64,000 nucleotides of DNA, from NCBI GenBank assembly GCA_000004985.1, contig GG738850.1; one strand, given 5' to 3'. The translations under genes and the position numbers were made by a program. The notes below the pieces were generated by a model that made no database searches, was not told the origin of the DNA, and saw nothing but the letters and a program-made list of their open reading frames with translations. The stretch is from Naegleria gruberi. Its lineage: Eukaryota. Positions 31,844-44,322 of this stretch are shown piece by piece. How positions within the stretch are numbered: the first letter of the stretch is position 1; each line of letters begins with the position of its first letter.

Positions 31844-31958
31844 TCACATCAAACTGTTAAAATAAGAAAACAAAGAAATTACAAGTATTTACACCCAAAT
31901 TGTATGTAATCTTTTTCTTCCTGTCATCAGTATTTAATATTCCAAGTATTCCAATACT

Positions 31959-32315
31959 TTATTCATGTGAATTAGCAATTTGTTTAGCTTTTTTCATTTT
32001 ATCCTGCAAATCATTCTCATCCTCCTCCTGCCAATCATCAATTGTCATGGCATTCTTCTTCTTGTGTGTAATTACCGAATCCAAATCATCATTAGCATTG
32101 ATAATGTGAAATTTACTCGTACTTGAATTATCTTCCTGTGGTATGGCACTTCTCTTTCCGAGAGAAAGTGTCGAGAGTCGGAGATTCAAACTATTTGTCG
32201 TGATGTTTTGTTGAGTGTTTTGTCTATTCTTGATGATCATTAACAGAAAGAATATTATAATGGATATGAAGAGAAGTGAGATGAGAAAACGAAAGTTTTG
32301 AAATGATGATGCCAT
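31959..32315 (-). CDS. small hypothetical single-pass membrane protein (118 aa)
   Basis: True ATG at 32315. N-terminal hydrophobic anchor (FLISLLFISIIIFFLLMII) followed by a polar, acidic tail. Lies between tRNA-Asn and the Sec6 gene. Coding status uncertain. Confidence 0.35.
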   Translation of the reverse strand: MASSFQNFRFLISLLFISIIIFFLLMIIKNRQNTQQNITTNSLNLRLSTLSLGKRSAIPQEDNSSTSKFHIINANDDLDSVITHKKKNAMTIDDWQEEDENDLQDKMKKAKQIANSHE

Positions 32316-32714
32316 GCTACTTGATTATTATTACTAATTAATATCAGAAATCTGTTCGGTGTTTGTATTTGGTGATAAGTTTTTGGAAGGGAAAGGTTTC
32401 GGATAGGAAGAATCAATTTTTTGTAGAATGATGATGAAAATGTTTTTTGTATTCAATCACTACTTCAATGTATTTCCAATAGTAGAGAGGGCAGTAGTTT
32501 TGGCAATTTTTTCAATCTTGAAAAGGGTGGAACACGGTTCATATCATTTGATTTCTCTCTTTCATCATACAACGGTCAAAAAGCAAAGATGACATTTTGT
32601 AATCAAGTTTCTCAATAAAAAACGCATCTGAAACAATACTAATTTAAAAATCCATTATTCGAAACCTTTCTTCCAAATCTAATTTTCAATAATTTAAATT
32701 TTATTTATTAAAAA

Positions 32715-33600
32715 ATGCAAAACAAAAACCTGCTTGGAGTTTCCGATCAGCAACAAATCGGTCGATCACGAAAATCCTCTGCCGTCGATCAAATCATCAA
32801 CCGACAAGGAAACAAGGAAAGTTTATCATCACTTTTAAATTCAAGCACTCCGAGTAGGTTTACAGTTGCTGTTTCGTCGTCTCCGAATTTTTCAACGAGT
32901 CCCTTGACGACGAATCCATTTCTATCTTCGTCTGGAGAACAATTTAATGGTGCTGTTGGGGATGAGTATAATATGGATGGAAATGTTGGAGAGAATGGAC
33001 CTAGTTTGGCAACGAGTCCTTCGGTTTCGAATAATGGATTTTTAAATTCGTTTAGTGGAGGAAATAGTGGATATAATAGTGGTATGGCAAATCTTTTTGG
33101 GAAGTCGGCAAATTTGGGATTTGATTCCGAGGAGAATGTTTTTATTTCAATTATTAAAAAATCATCACAACAGAATGCCATTGAAAGTATTTGTAGATTA
33201 TTGGAAACTCCACAAGATTTGGAGAAATTGGACGATTTGAAAAATTCTACTGAAAAACAAGTGGAAAAACTTCAAACCCAATTAACCAATTTGGCGGGAA
33301 CTCAAGTTGAAGAAGCAGATCAGGCCATTAATTTGATGGGAAAAATCAGAGATGATTTAAATGTAAAATTAAATGAAAATACCGAAAATTCCCTATTTAA
33401 CATGATGAAAGTATTGGGAGAAAATAATAGACAACTCATCGATGATTATCATATTGTGAGTGAAGTATTGTTGGCACACAACAATATTAAAAAGACAATT
33501 GAGAAATTGGAAACATTGACAGTTTTGAGAAGGAAATTGAGAAAGATTAAAGCAAAATTGAGTTACCATGATGATCAATATGTACTCAGTGCTCACTCTG
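32715..33600 (+). CDS. SEC6: exocyst complex component Sec6 (EXOC3), exon 1
   Basis: ATG at 32715. Low-complexity N-terminus, then a coiled-coil region LETPQDLEKLDDLKNSTEKQVEKLQTQL. Ends in phase 1 at a GTAAGT donor (33601). Confidence 0.8.
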
Positions 33601-33682
33601 GTAAGTTATAATTGTATTTTTGAATGGACATTCTAAATATTTCTATATTGTTGGTAATTCTCCAAAAAATTATTGTAAATAG

Positions 33683-34705
33683 ATATCATTCTATTGGAGG
33701 AAATTAAGGATGACGCTCTCAGAGAAGTTAAAGCCAAAGTCACACGTTCTGATTATATTGACATTTTCGAGGATTATTTCCACATGATTGATGATATAAG
33801 AACTCGTTTTGAAGATTTATTGTGGATGCGTATTGCTGACTTGGAATATACAGCTGAGAACGAACCCGAAACTGTGGTAAGAATTGCAAGAATGATCGAT
33901 AAGGAAGAAGAAAGAGATCAACGTAAATTAGTGGAATACGATGAAAGACTCGAAGCTCTCAGAAAGAAGAAAAAGAATAAGAGATCAGATGAAGACGATA
34001 TCCATGAAAGTTCTGTACTTGAACCTAAATTGAGAAGAATGAAAGAGGAATTCTTCAAGAGACTTCGTCAATCAGTGAGTGACAAGTTCAATGAAGCAGT
34101 TTATGCCACCGAAGGGAGAAAGAGTGTCGATGAAAAGATTAATGATTTGACAACCTTATTGGGTGAAAAATTGAATATTGGTGTTACTAGATATGTGTCG
34201 ACATGCTTCCCTTCCTCTTGGAAGATTGTTCCATTCCTTGCCAGTGCCTATGAGGAAGAGTTGGTAAAATACATTGAAGGATTGGTAAATCCAAAGAGTG
34301 CCAGTTACAATACTCTTGGTATTGGTGACAAACTCAAAGTTATCAATTGGCTCGATGATTATAAGAATTTAGTGGATGAAGTCACTACCAATCCAAGATC
34401 ATTTGAAAATGAAAAGAAACAACTCATTGGAGATTATATCAGTACTAGATCCAGTTTTATGATTGAATATACCAATAGTACAGTTTCTTTGGACTTTAGA
34501 GATTTTGAGAATATTCCGCTCAATGCCAACATTAGAGGTTATCCATATACTGCTGCCTGTGTTGAAGTATTTACATTTATCAATCAGCAATTGGATGAAT
34601 TGATGGAAACTGAAATTCCAGAAGTGATTCCACCATCTATGGGTGGTTTGAAAGCCTCACTCAGATTCTTTATTGACACCTCCTTTGAAAAAGTTGAGGA
34701 AAATA
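33683..34705 (+). CDS. SEC6: Sec6 exon 2
   Basis: Acceptor AATAG at 33678-33682. Contains TVVRIARMIDKEEERDQRK, matching human EXOC3 LLVSVVRIIEREEKIDRR. Ends in phase 1 at a GTAAGT donor (34706). The next intron is only 44 nt. Confidence 0.75.
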
Positions 34706-34749
34706 GTAAGTTTTTTTCAAAATTATACATGAATATTTATCAAACATAG

Positions 34750-35386
34750 TTGAGGATATTCCACTTGTTGTCATTTGTGCTCTCATTAACAATAACACTA
34801 CCAGTATTGACTACTTGAAAGCAGTGGTTGAGAGAATTGAACACTTACTTGTGGAAGACAATCTCTTCGACTTGGAAGATCAATTCAAAAAGAATGGATA
34901 CAAAATGGTCGACTTGTTATGTGAACGTGTCATTATGGCCGATGTTAAGGATTTACTGAATGAATTATTTACAGAAAATTGGATGGTTGTTCCTTTGGAA
35001 GAAAAACTCGAAAAGGAGGATTTGATTGTTGTTCTGAGAGATGCACCAGTTTACAAGATGGTTGAAATGATCTTTGAACCATATTATAAGGAATTGGAGG
35101 AGGATTTACTTGAGGCAGAATACAGAGATCACCTCACTGAAAAACTTGCCGAAATATTTGTTGGAAAATATATGGAGAAACTCTTATTCAATAAGGTACA
35201 TTTTGATGACCCAATTGATGCCTCCAATCAAATGAAGGAAGATATTAGAATTATTAAGAGATTCTTCACTGCAGAATATAATGCCAAGGAAGACGATGTT
35301 GAATATTCGGCACAGAGAATGGATGTGGATATGTTTAGTATGAATTACTACGAACCTATGAAGAGTATCTTTTTAATTTTGAAAGC
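34750..35386 (+). CDS. SEC6: Sec6 exon 3
   Basis: Acceptor ACATAG at 34744-34749. Frame continuous with track ORF 34815..35396. Ends in phase 2 at a GTATGT donor (35387). Confidence 0.7.
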
Positions 35387-35493
35387 GTATGTTTAATTTT
35401 GAATTTTATTCGAATCATTTATATTCGTATCATAATTATTTCGTATCTTGGCCATTGAATGCTTTAAATATTATTTCAAACCCTTTTTGATAG

Positions 35494-35572
35494 TCAAACT
35501 CCTGAAGATGTCATGAAAAACATCAAGAAATTATTAGAATTATATAAGGACGTTTCTCTCGACTTGTTATAT
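35494..35572 (+). CDS. SEC6: Sec6 exon 4 (26 codons)
   Basis: Acceptor TGATAG at 35488-35493. Encodes (A)QTPEDVMKNIKKLLELYKDVSLDLLY. Ends in phase 0 at a GTAAGT donor (35573). Confidence 0.5.
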
Positions 35573-35671
35573 GTAAGTTTCCTTAACAATGAAAATATAC
35601 CAAATTGAATTCCATGAATTTTATGATTTCAATGAATCTCATGTGCGATATCATGTAATATATTCGAATAG

Positions 35672-36040
35672 AATATTCTGCACCTCAGAGGGGATATTCC
35701 TAAAAAGGATAAGCAAGATATTGAACTACGATTGGAAACCATGTACGATGAATATCTTGAAAATCCGAATCCAGATGCACGTTTGTCACTATTTGGTAAA
35801 ATTGATAAAACTCCAGAATCAAAGAAAAGAAAAACAAAGAATCAGATTTCTAAAAAGGGTGATAAGAATGATAAGAATGAAAAATCAGAGAAACAAAACG
35901 AATCTCAAACCACCAACAAGAAAGATCCAAAACTCGAAGTACCAGATGGAGCAACCAGTTTAGGCGATTTACTTGGAGATGAAAAATTGGATTTCTCATT
36001 CGATGAGGATGACGAAGAAGATTATGAAGAAGATGAATAA
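35672..36040 (+). CDS. SEC6: Sec6 exon 5 (acidic C-terminus, stop at 36038-36040)
   Basis: Acceptor AATAG at 35667-35671 is the only nearby AG that restores the frame of track ORF 35732..36040. The alternative CAG at 35686-35688 gives an immediate stop. Five exons total 2994 nt, 998 codons. Confidence 0.55.
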   Translation, partial: NILHLRGDIPKKDKQDIELRLETMYDEYLENPNPDARLSLFGKIDKTPESKKRKTKNQISKKGDKNDKNEKSEKQNESQTTNKKDPKLEVPDGATSLGDLLGDEKLDFSFDEDDEEDYEEDE

Positions 36041-36861
36041 ACTATTTGGAAATTTGTATTTTGTGAATATTCAATCATTTCGAATTTGTAAAGTGAGCAT
36101 GCTCAACTATATTGAGCCAGCTCCTTCTCAAATTGTTGACATTCTGCATTCTTCGTAATATCAGTTTCTTAAAATCCTTTCGACAGTTCACACTCATAGT
36201 GTTGAGTTAACAAAGGAGCGAAATTTATCCTACTCACTCCAATTTATACCAAACCAAGGAAAAGTATAAAGATTTTTTTGCATTATCTTTTAAACTCTAC
36301 CCAATCAACTACATTCCCACAACATTACAACCACATATCTCAATAGTTACACCATTTTCAATTAAAGTGTTCCATTTCCAAACATTTCCATTCCGCACTT
36401 TCATGTTTGCCATTATTGACCATTCATGCCGCTGCGCAAAAAATTCAAAACCTAACAATTTAGGCGGGAAACCAAAAAACCCTTTGGAAATGAGAGTTTT
36501 TTATGCTACAAGCAATGAAACAGCTCTGATGCTGTTGAAGCAACAAACACAATGCTCTCACAGTTGCTCGAACCTGAAAAAAAAACGAACAAGTCCCTCC
36601 ACCACCTACAACCTTTATCGCAGCACGGCAGCCTCACTTGTAGTAGCCGGCCGGATAGAGAGTTTGATTTTCTTGTATTTGTGTGGACAAAGTCTTGCTA
36701 CTTTAAAAATCGACAATAGTAACGGAAAGGAGAATAATCAAGTAGATAGGATTAGTAGTTGTTACGGAATAACCGATCATCTTGTCATCTTTTGTATAAA
36801 AACTATACATTGCTGATTTGAAGCATTTTACATTGATTCTTTCTCCCTTTCGAATAGATTA

Positions 36862-37764
36862 ATGACACCAGAAGAGAAGCAGAAAGCATTGCTCATGATA
36901 CTGAGCAGATATACCAAGAAAGATGACAATTCACAACAATCACAGGACCCATCTGCATCATCATCGAATGGCCCATCCATTGTAGACCAATTAGTACATC
37001 AACAACAACCACTTTTTAACACAAATGTCATTAATCCTCCTCCTCAACAATATGTAAATAATTCAGTATCTACTAACACTATTCTTATGAACGGTGGTCA
37101 ACCAGTAATGGCCACTACGAACCTAATTGAACTAGTCAATTCTGGCATTATCCCATCTAGTAATAATAATTCCAATTGTAGTGTAGCTGACCAAGTTGAA
37201 ATTATTGCACCCTTGATGATAAATTTGAATTTAAATAATACTTTTTTGGGATCACAACAATTCACAATGTCATCCACCCCAGTTGACCAATACAGTCCTG
37301 CTAGCAGCTCACTATCCACACCAACTAGCTCTTCATCCCAATCTTCTGCCAGTCATTTATCTGACAATAGTATTCCACAAATGACCCAAACCACAAACAA
37401 GAAGAAGAAGAAGAATAACAAGAATAAGATTGGTAAGCAAAACAAGATGAATCGTGACATGATATCCACTGGCTACAATTCTAGCTCTGTACATCAAGTA
37501 GGCAGTTCATCATCTATTGCATCATCATCAGCCACCAATTCACCTGTTTCATCCAGTTCCACGACTGGCACGAGTGTGCAATTTATTAACTTGAGCAATG
37601 AAGAAATGAAGATTAAATACGATTCAGAATCATCACTAAATTCTCAAGTGAAACCAAAGAGAAAAAGAGGAAGACCAAAAAAACCAGAACCAAAGAAACC
37701 AACCAAAATAACGTATCAATTCGTTCAAGAAGATGGCACGGGTGATCCCAAAAGCAAAAAGTAA
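36862..37764 (+). CDS. AT-hook (KRKRGRPKKP) low-complexity nuclear protein (300 aa)
   Basis: True ATG at 36862. S/N/Q-rich body. C-terminal PKRKRGRPKKPEPKKP AT-hook. Confidence 0.5.
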   Translation: MTPEEKQKALLMILSRYTKKDDNSQQSQDPSASSSNGPSIVDQLVHQQQPLFNTNVINPPPQQYVNNSVSTNTILMNGGQPVMATTNLIELVNSGIIPSSNNNSNCSVADQVEIIAPLMINLNLNNTFLGSQQFTMSSTPVDQYSPASSSLSTPTSSSSQSSASHLSDNSIPQMTQTTNKKKKKNNKNKIGKQNKMNRDMISTGYNSSSVHQVGSSSSIASSSATNSPVSSSSTTGTSVQFINLSNEEMKIKYDSESSLNSQVKPKRKRGRPKKPEPKKPTKITYQFVQEDGTGDPKSKK

Positions 37765-38154
37765 TCTTGATTGAACGAATGGATACGCCAACAACAATTG
37801 TCAATCCATTTGTAGTTTCTGTTCTGTTATCTACAAATAAAAATTTGATTGACAATTAAATTCTTCATGTATTAACTCATTAATTTCTTTATCATTTAAC
37901 AATTTAATAGTCCAGTTCCCTAACTACAAAATATTCGAAACCTTGGGAAAGCAAGCTTGTAATTATCTTGCTGAGCATGAAAAGGGAAGAAAGTTCTTAT
38001 TCAAGAACAATGATTCCAATTCAACGTTCGACACAGCGATCATTCTTCCTTTTTACAAGACAGACCCATCAAACTAGTGATGACATTCAACAACAAAAAA
38101 TTGCAAGCAAGAAATAACAACATCATGAAAATTCATCATCCACAAAATCTCTAA

Positions 38155-38495
38155 ATGTCATCATCAATACAATTTTCATCTAATAATTATCGGTCGAGGA
38201 GAGCCCTCACTATTCAATTTATATTTCTTATAATTTCCATCAGTTTCGTCTTGTTTCATAAATCTTTACGAGAATATACAGACCAGCAGCAACAAGTAGG
38301 CTTTTATAAATCGGATAACAACAATAATTTGTTAATAACCTTCGTCAATGCACAGAACGAAACTAGAGCAACAACTTCATACAATCCCTTCTCATCAATT
38401 AGTGAGAAAATTGCCTCTTTCAAATTAAATCTCTACCGATTGACTTTTACTGGTAAACAAGCTCCAGATAAATTCGATCCAGAATCATCAGATTA
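38155..38495 (+). CDS. exon 1 of a multi-pass membrane protein gene (signal-anchor segment)
   Basis: ATG at 38155. Ends in phase 2 at GTAAGT (38496-38501). The TAG that ends the track ORF overlaps the donor. Confidence 0.55.
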
Positions 38496-38602
38496 GTAAG
38501 TTTTAAATTACTGTACAATAATTTAATCTAAATGATTGTTTCAATGTAAATTAAATTATTGGAATAATTTTTCAATATTATTATTCGAAATATTTCATCT
38601 AG

Positions 38603-39857
38603 TTGGCAAGGAATTGGTACGAGTGCATTGGGAGGAGGTATTGTTTCCATTCTGGCCATTCTTGCATTACTCTTTTTCGATACAGTTCGTGGATTGGGAT
38701 GTTTTGGTGGTATTGAACCAACCAAGCAATTATTCTATGGAAGAGAACAAAGAAAACAACCGTATGGACAATGTCAGACATTTTCATTGAAAATTATCTT
38801 GGCAGTCATGTTAGTTTTGATTGGAGGATTGTGCACATTGCTGATTATTGGTAATGTGATTTTCAATGTTTCATTTGAGAATGGTAGAGTTTATTTCAAG
38901 GCAACTCTGGTTGACATGTTTAATACGACTGTTAATTTGCAAACTGTTGCTAATAGAATTCAAGTTGCAAGTGGATCGACTTCAGATATTACTGACATTA
39001 ACACTTTAATTTCACAACAGCAAACTGCATTGAATTCTACCAATACTTTGGTTAGAGAAATTAGACATTTGAACTTTTTGAGATACTTTTTATTGATGGT
39101 TATTGCTGTGGTCATGTTATCGGTTCCATTATTGGGTTTATTGGGTGGTTTAACCCATTGGAAGGAGTTTGCTTTGTATGGTGTCAGATTTGGTTACATG
39201 ATGCTTGTTTGTGCTTGGATTTTGTTTACCATTCACTTTGCATTTGCAATGGTCACTCAGGATATGTGTGCAACAGCAGACAGATATTTGCAGGGTACAG
39301 AGGGAAATACTACATCTAGTTCTGAACTTGTTTCTCAAGTTTCATCATTGGTTTCCATATTTTCTCAATGTTCAAACTCATCTCAACTTGTTAAGAATAG
39401 TGGTGTCAGTATGAGTTTAGTTGATGGCATGTTAACAAGTTTGAACCAACAATTGACAAATGCAGACAGTCAAAAACGTGATTTCCATCTCGTATTGTAC
39501 AATGTTACCAATGCCACAAGTATTGATTTTGTTGCTGCCAATCCAGATACTAAGGCCAATGTTCAAAAATCGGTTGATAGTATTCTATTGTTTGCCTATG
39601 ATTTGATTCCATCCTTTTTGACATACAATAATTGTTCAAGTGTTGGAGAAAAGTTTGTACAATTTGTGGATTCAGGTTGTGTTGGCATGTTGTCAAGTAT
39701 TCATATTTTGTGGGCTGTCTTTTTAGTTATAGGATCAGCGCTTATTCCACTCACTTGGTTCAATTGTTTAGGATATAAGAGATTCAGAAAGAAGCGTTTC
39801 GTCATTCCAAAAGAAAGACAACCAGAAGGTGTTGAAATTGCTCTCCATCTTACTTAA
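38603..39857 (+). CDS. exon 2 of the multi-pass membrane protein (4-5 TM helices; tweety/Prm1-like topology, family not established)
   Basis: Acceptor TCTAG at 38598-38602 is phase-compatible (ta + t = TAT). Frame open from 38568. Track ORF 38628..39857 starts with TTG. Several long hydrophobic helices with large intervening loops. Confidence 0.55.
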
Positions 39858-39984
39858 TTTGTTGTTTATACGAGATTAGAAATATTGTACTATACTTTTG
39901 AAATAAATTATTTGTTGTAATTTTACACAAACATATGGGAATCTCAGGTTTACAAAATAATAATTTAATAATGTTTAAATAGTC

Positions 39985-42900
39985 TTACAAAAAGTCATCA
40001 TCCAAATCATCAAAAAGTTTTGATGTGGTTGCCTTCTTCTTTTTCTGGAGTTCTTCTTGCTTCTTCTTAAGAGCAACTTCATCTTCCAAATCATCTTCAA
40101 ATAAGAAACTAGCCTTTGGTTTGTTTTCAATAACTGCACTTGTGGCAGTTGATTGCAACCATGGATCGATCTGACTGGCATCAGTAGTTTCCTCAAAAAC
40201 AGAAGGAAGCTTCTTGGCACTTCCATTGGATGGTCTATCTTCTTCGAGAGAAGGCTGTGTCGAATCTACATATTCCAAATCATCAACTTCTTCTTTTGTT
40301 TCAGTAACAGAAGTATCTTGAGCTGGCTCTTCAACAACAATTGGAGCTTGTTCAACAGGTTCTTGTTCACCGCTAACTTCTGGTGTAGATTGTTCAGTCA
40401 CTGGTTCAGTTTCACTTATTGTTGGCTCAGCTGTAGTTTCTTCAGCTTGTTGTTCTGTATCAACAGGATCAACAGTTGTTTCAGTAGATTCTGGAACTGT
40501 TTCAACTGCTGGTTCTTCTTGTGTTGATGGTTCTTGAACAGTTTCAGTTGTTTCAGTAGATTCTGGAACAGTTTCGATAGCAACAGGTTCTTCAACAACT
40601 TGAGCAGGTTCTTCTTGTGATGGCTCCTCTTGAACAACTTCTGGAACTATTTCAACAGCAGGTTCTTCTTCAACAACTTGAGTTGGTTCTTCTTGTTGTT
40701 CCTCTTCAACAACAACACTTTCTGGCTCTGTTGTAACAACTTGAGTTTCTGGCTCAACTTGTTCTTCTTCAGCAGCTTCAGGTTCTTCTTGTTCTTGTTC
40801 TTCAACAACAACTGGAGCTTGTTCAACAGGTTCTTCTTGTGTTGGTTGTTCAACAACAATTGGTTCATCCTTGGTTTGTTCTTCAACAATGGCTTCTTCT
40901 GGTTCTTCTTCCAAAGTATTTGGAGTGGTAACAACTTCTGGTTCAGCAGCAGCTTGTTGAATAACGACAGGAGTTTGAGTCTTGGCCAAAGCAACTTCTT
41001 CCTTCAAAGACTCGATTTGAGATTCGTACTTGGCAATTTCTTCCTTCAATGAAATATCGAATTCTGATTTGAGGTCATCAAGTTTGACATTCCATTCACT
41101 TTCTAATTCTTGACGAATAACAGCTTCCAAAGCAGCCTTGGAAACTTCTTCTTTTGGTTCTTCTTCTTCCTCTTCATCTTCCTCCAATTCCAAATCTTCA
41201 GCTTCATCTTCTTCCAAATCGAGAAGAATCAATGATCTTCTTCTGGAAACATCCTCATCAATTTCTTCCTCTTCATCTTCATCATAATCAATATAGACAT
41301 TTGGATCAATGTTCAACAAGTCCAAACCACTGAATTCTTCAGTAATGAGACTCATAACCTTCAAACTGAACTTTTTAACAATTTGTCCCAAGAAGGAAGA
41401 AACCTTGGCATGAGAAAGTTTCTTACCATTAATACCAGTAGAGAAGGTACGATAGACCTTATTGATGAGATTTCTAAAGACAGTCTTGAAAAGAGTTCTA
41501 ACATTATCAGACTTGGTATTCAAAGCTTCAAGGAACTTTTCACGCATCTTTTGAAGATTGGAGACGTTGGTGCTTTCCAAATCAGAAACTTCTTCAGTCT
41601 TGGCTTCAAGTTCTTGAGTGAGTCTGGCAATTTGAGTGGTTTGAGAAGAGTTGGATGCTGATAGATTGGCAACAGATTGCTTCAATCCTTCAATTTCTTC
41701 TGTTGTTTGTTCTTCGAGATTCTTCATCTTTTCCTTCCACAATTTTTCAATGCTTTCTCTCAAAGTTTCAGCTCCACTTTCAGAACTCTTCAAGTTTCTT
41801 TCCAAATCTTGGCTTGCTTCAGTTTTGATTCTTTCAATTTCTTGCTTTTGTTCTCTCTTGAGTTTTTGAAGAGCAAGGTTATGTTCATTTTCCAATTTTT
41901 GAAGCTTTTCTTGCCATTCCTCTTCCAAGGAAGCAATCTTTTCTTTATGATCAGCTTCAGTCCTGTTTTTCTTCTTTTTGTTTTCATTGTTGATTTCTTC
42001 AATTTCCTTCTTCAAGACTTCAATTTCTGATTGCAGATTTTCAATATTTTCCTTTTCAGATTGAACTTGTTCTTGAGCTCTGGAGGTCTTTCTCTTTTGT
42101 TCAGCCAATTGCTTTCTGAGAGAGGCAATGGTTTCATTGAGCTTTTGCAATTCTTCTTCGTACATTCCCTTTTCAGAAAGGTTGCTACTCTCCAAAGACA
42201 AGTGAGTGAGTTCGAGTTGTTGTTGAGCATACTTTTCTTGCTTTTTACGAAGTTGTGAAATCTTTTCAATGAGAGAGTCAACTTGTTCTCTTTCCTTTTG
42301 AAGATCAGTTTGGAGCTTGGAATTGGTAGCTAACAAGTGTTGTATATTTTCAATCAAGAGAGGACCAGACATGTAAATGTGAGACTTTTTAAACTTTTTG
42401 AGTTGGTATCCATTGATCAAAATGTCCTTCTCGGCAGAGTTTTCTTCTTCATCACCTTCGTGATCCTTATCTTCCTCTTCATCGAGTTCATTTCCAAACT
42501 TGGAAGTATTTCTGATCAATTGTGTGAAAGAAAGATTGTCAATATTTCTTTCAATTTTATCCAATCTAGACAAGAGTACAGAAACATCATCAATCCATTG
42601 ATTTGATGGTGCCTTCTTTTCGGCTGGCTTTTCTACAATAGGTTTTTCAACTGGTTTTTCAACAGCAGTTGTAACAGTAGTAGTAGTAGTTGTTGGAGTT
42701 GCTGTTGTTGGAGTGGAAACTGTTGTTGTTGCTGGTTGTTGTTGAGAAATTAAGGATTGCAATGAGGCAAGTTGTTGTTTGAGAGCTTCAATTTCACTAT
42801 TAGAACCAGATGTACTTGTTTCAGTTGTATTCTCTGGAACAGTTGTGGCAGTAGTAGTATTAATAACTGGAGTAGAAACTGGTTGTTCTTGTACAATAGG

Positions 42901-43846
42901 TGTAGAGACTGGTTGTTGTTGTTGAACTGGTTGAGCTTGTTGAACAACTACTTCTGGTTGTTGTTGTTGTGGCAAGACAACTCCATAAGATTGAGCCCCA
43001 ATACGAGCCATTCTCACTTTCAAATTATCAGATTCAACCATTGGTTGTGCTTGTTGTTGATTTAAATTTACAGGAGAAGAAACTGTTTGTACAATTGGTT
43101 GTTGTTGTTGTTGCTGTTGGCTAGTCATAATGGTTGGCATTGAACCAGTTGTTGAACTAGTAGTAGAAGATTTGATCTTTTTGATTTTAACAACTTCAAT
43201 TTGGAAGCAGAGAATTGAATTTGGTGGAATAACATTGGCAGCACCACGTTCTCCATAAGCTAAATGAGAAGGAATAACACAGAATTTCTTTCCGCCTTGA
43301 CGAACATTTTTCAATGCATGTTCCCATCCACTTATTACTTCAGATTCTCCAAATTTAAATCCGAACAAGTTATTTGAATTCTCATTAGTGTCAAATAATT
43401 TACCCAATGAAAAACCCTTCTTTGGATCATTATCGACAATCCAACCACTGTACTTGACATAGATTTTCAATCCATCCCTACAGGCAGCAACATTTGGATC
43501 AACTGCACCAGAATTATTTCCCAATTCATTCAAATTAACAGTAGTGACATCCATAGTTTGTTGTCCCATAAACTTGGCCACACAAACCATTTTGGCAAAA
43601 TGGGTAGCAGCATCAGCATTTTGGAATCCAATGGATAAAATTCTATTAGAGTGCAAATCGTGAAGAGATGCAAAATTTGAGGTAGCACCCAATTGAAGAG
43701 TCAATAGAGTATGTTGAGCAGTGATTGGAACTTGGAGAACAATATCTGATGGATTACGATAGAAAATCAAGTTTGGAATTGGATGATTATTCAAGATGGC
43801 AGCTCCAACTTTTCCGAAAGGTTGATATTGTCTTACTTCATTTGAA
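39985..43846 (-). CDS. FKBP15/WAFL-like protein, exon 3: WH1-like region, FKBP-type PPIase domain, long coiled coil and acidic repeat tail
   Basis: GKVGAAILNNH and FAKMVCVAKF match human FKBP15 (GKFGAAVLGNH, FNKQVCIAKC). FKBP domain ...SGWEHALKNVRQGGKKFCVIPSHLAYGERGAANVIPPNSILCFQIEVV. Track ORF starts with TTG at 43794; frame open to acceptor AATAG at 43847-43851. Confidence 0.85.
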
Positions 43847-43943
43847 CTATTTTAAAATGATTATTGCAATTAAATGATTATTTTTAAGAGGTTTTGAAAT
43901 TAAATAATTAGAGAAATAGAGTTGAAATATTTGAAAATATATG

Positions 43944-43967
43944 ATAATAATAATAATAATAATAATT
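43944..43967. repeat. (ATA)n microsatellite inside an FKBP15-like intron
   Basis: ataataataataataataataat read directly. Confidence 0.6.
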
Positions 43968-44067
43968 GATAGTAATGTTGAAACATTTGAAAATATATGA
44001 TAATAAATAATAATAAAACATAATAGGATGAATATTAGAAAAAATAAATTATGTGAAATAAACATAC

Positions 44068-44322
44068 AATAAGAATAATTCAACAACAAGAGCATGAATG
44101 ACAGTGCCATTCTCACCACGAACCTTATTTTGAACATTGGCTGTAGAAACAGAAGGAGTGACTGCTGAATTTGTTGTTGAAGTAGAGCTAATGGAAGCAG
44201 ATGAAAGTTTTCTTTGCATTTGAGATGAACCATTACTACTGGTAGGAGAAGGTTTGAATTTAAAATCGGAATCTGTCGAATCGGAATCACCACCTCCAAA
44301 GAGGGTTCCTAATCTTGCTCCA
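44068..44322 (-). CDS. FKBP15-like exon 2
   Basis: Encodes (T)GARLGTLFGGGDSDSTDSDFKFKPSP...NGTVIHALVVELFL. GARLGTLFG matches the FKBP15 N-terminus GARLASLFG. Bounded by acceptor AAATAG (44323-44328) and donor GTATGT (44067-44062). Length 255 nt, phase-consistent. Confidence 0.6.

Noticed and set aside
35589-36158. ORFs 35589..35963 and 35973..36158 near the Sec6 3' end
   Set aside because: 35589..35963 overlaps Sec6 intron 4 and exon 5 out of frame (exon 5 is 35672..36040); the tail of 35973..36158 lies in the 3' UTR. Both have alternative start codons or junk translations.
36367-36816. ORF 36367..36816 (149 aa) upstream of the AT-hook gene
   Set aside because: Non-protein-like composition and no in-frame ATG context. 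Sits in the GC-rich 5' flank; treated as a possible ncRNA or promoter region instead.
43847-44299. ORF complement(43847..44299), 150 aa of I/L/F runs
   Set aside because: Overlaps FKBP15-like intron 2 and exon 2 in the wrong frame. Translation is homopolymeric, an AT-rich intron artefact.
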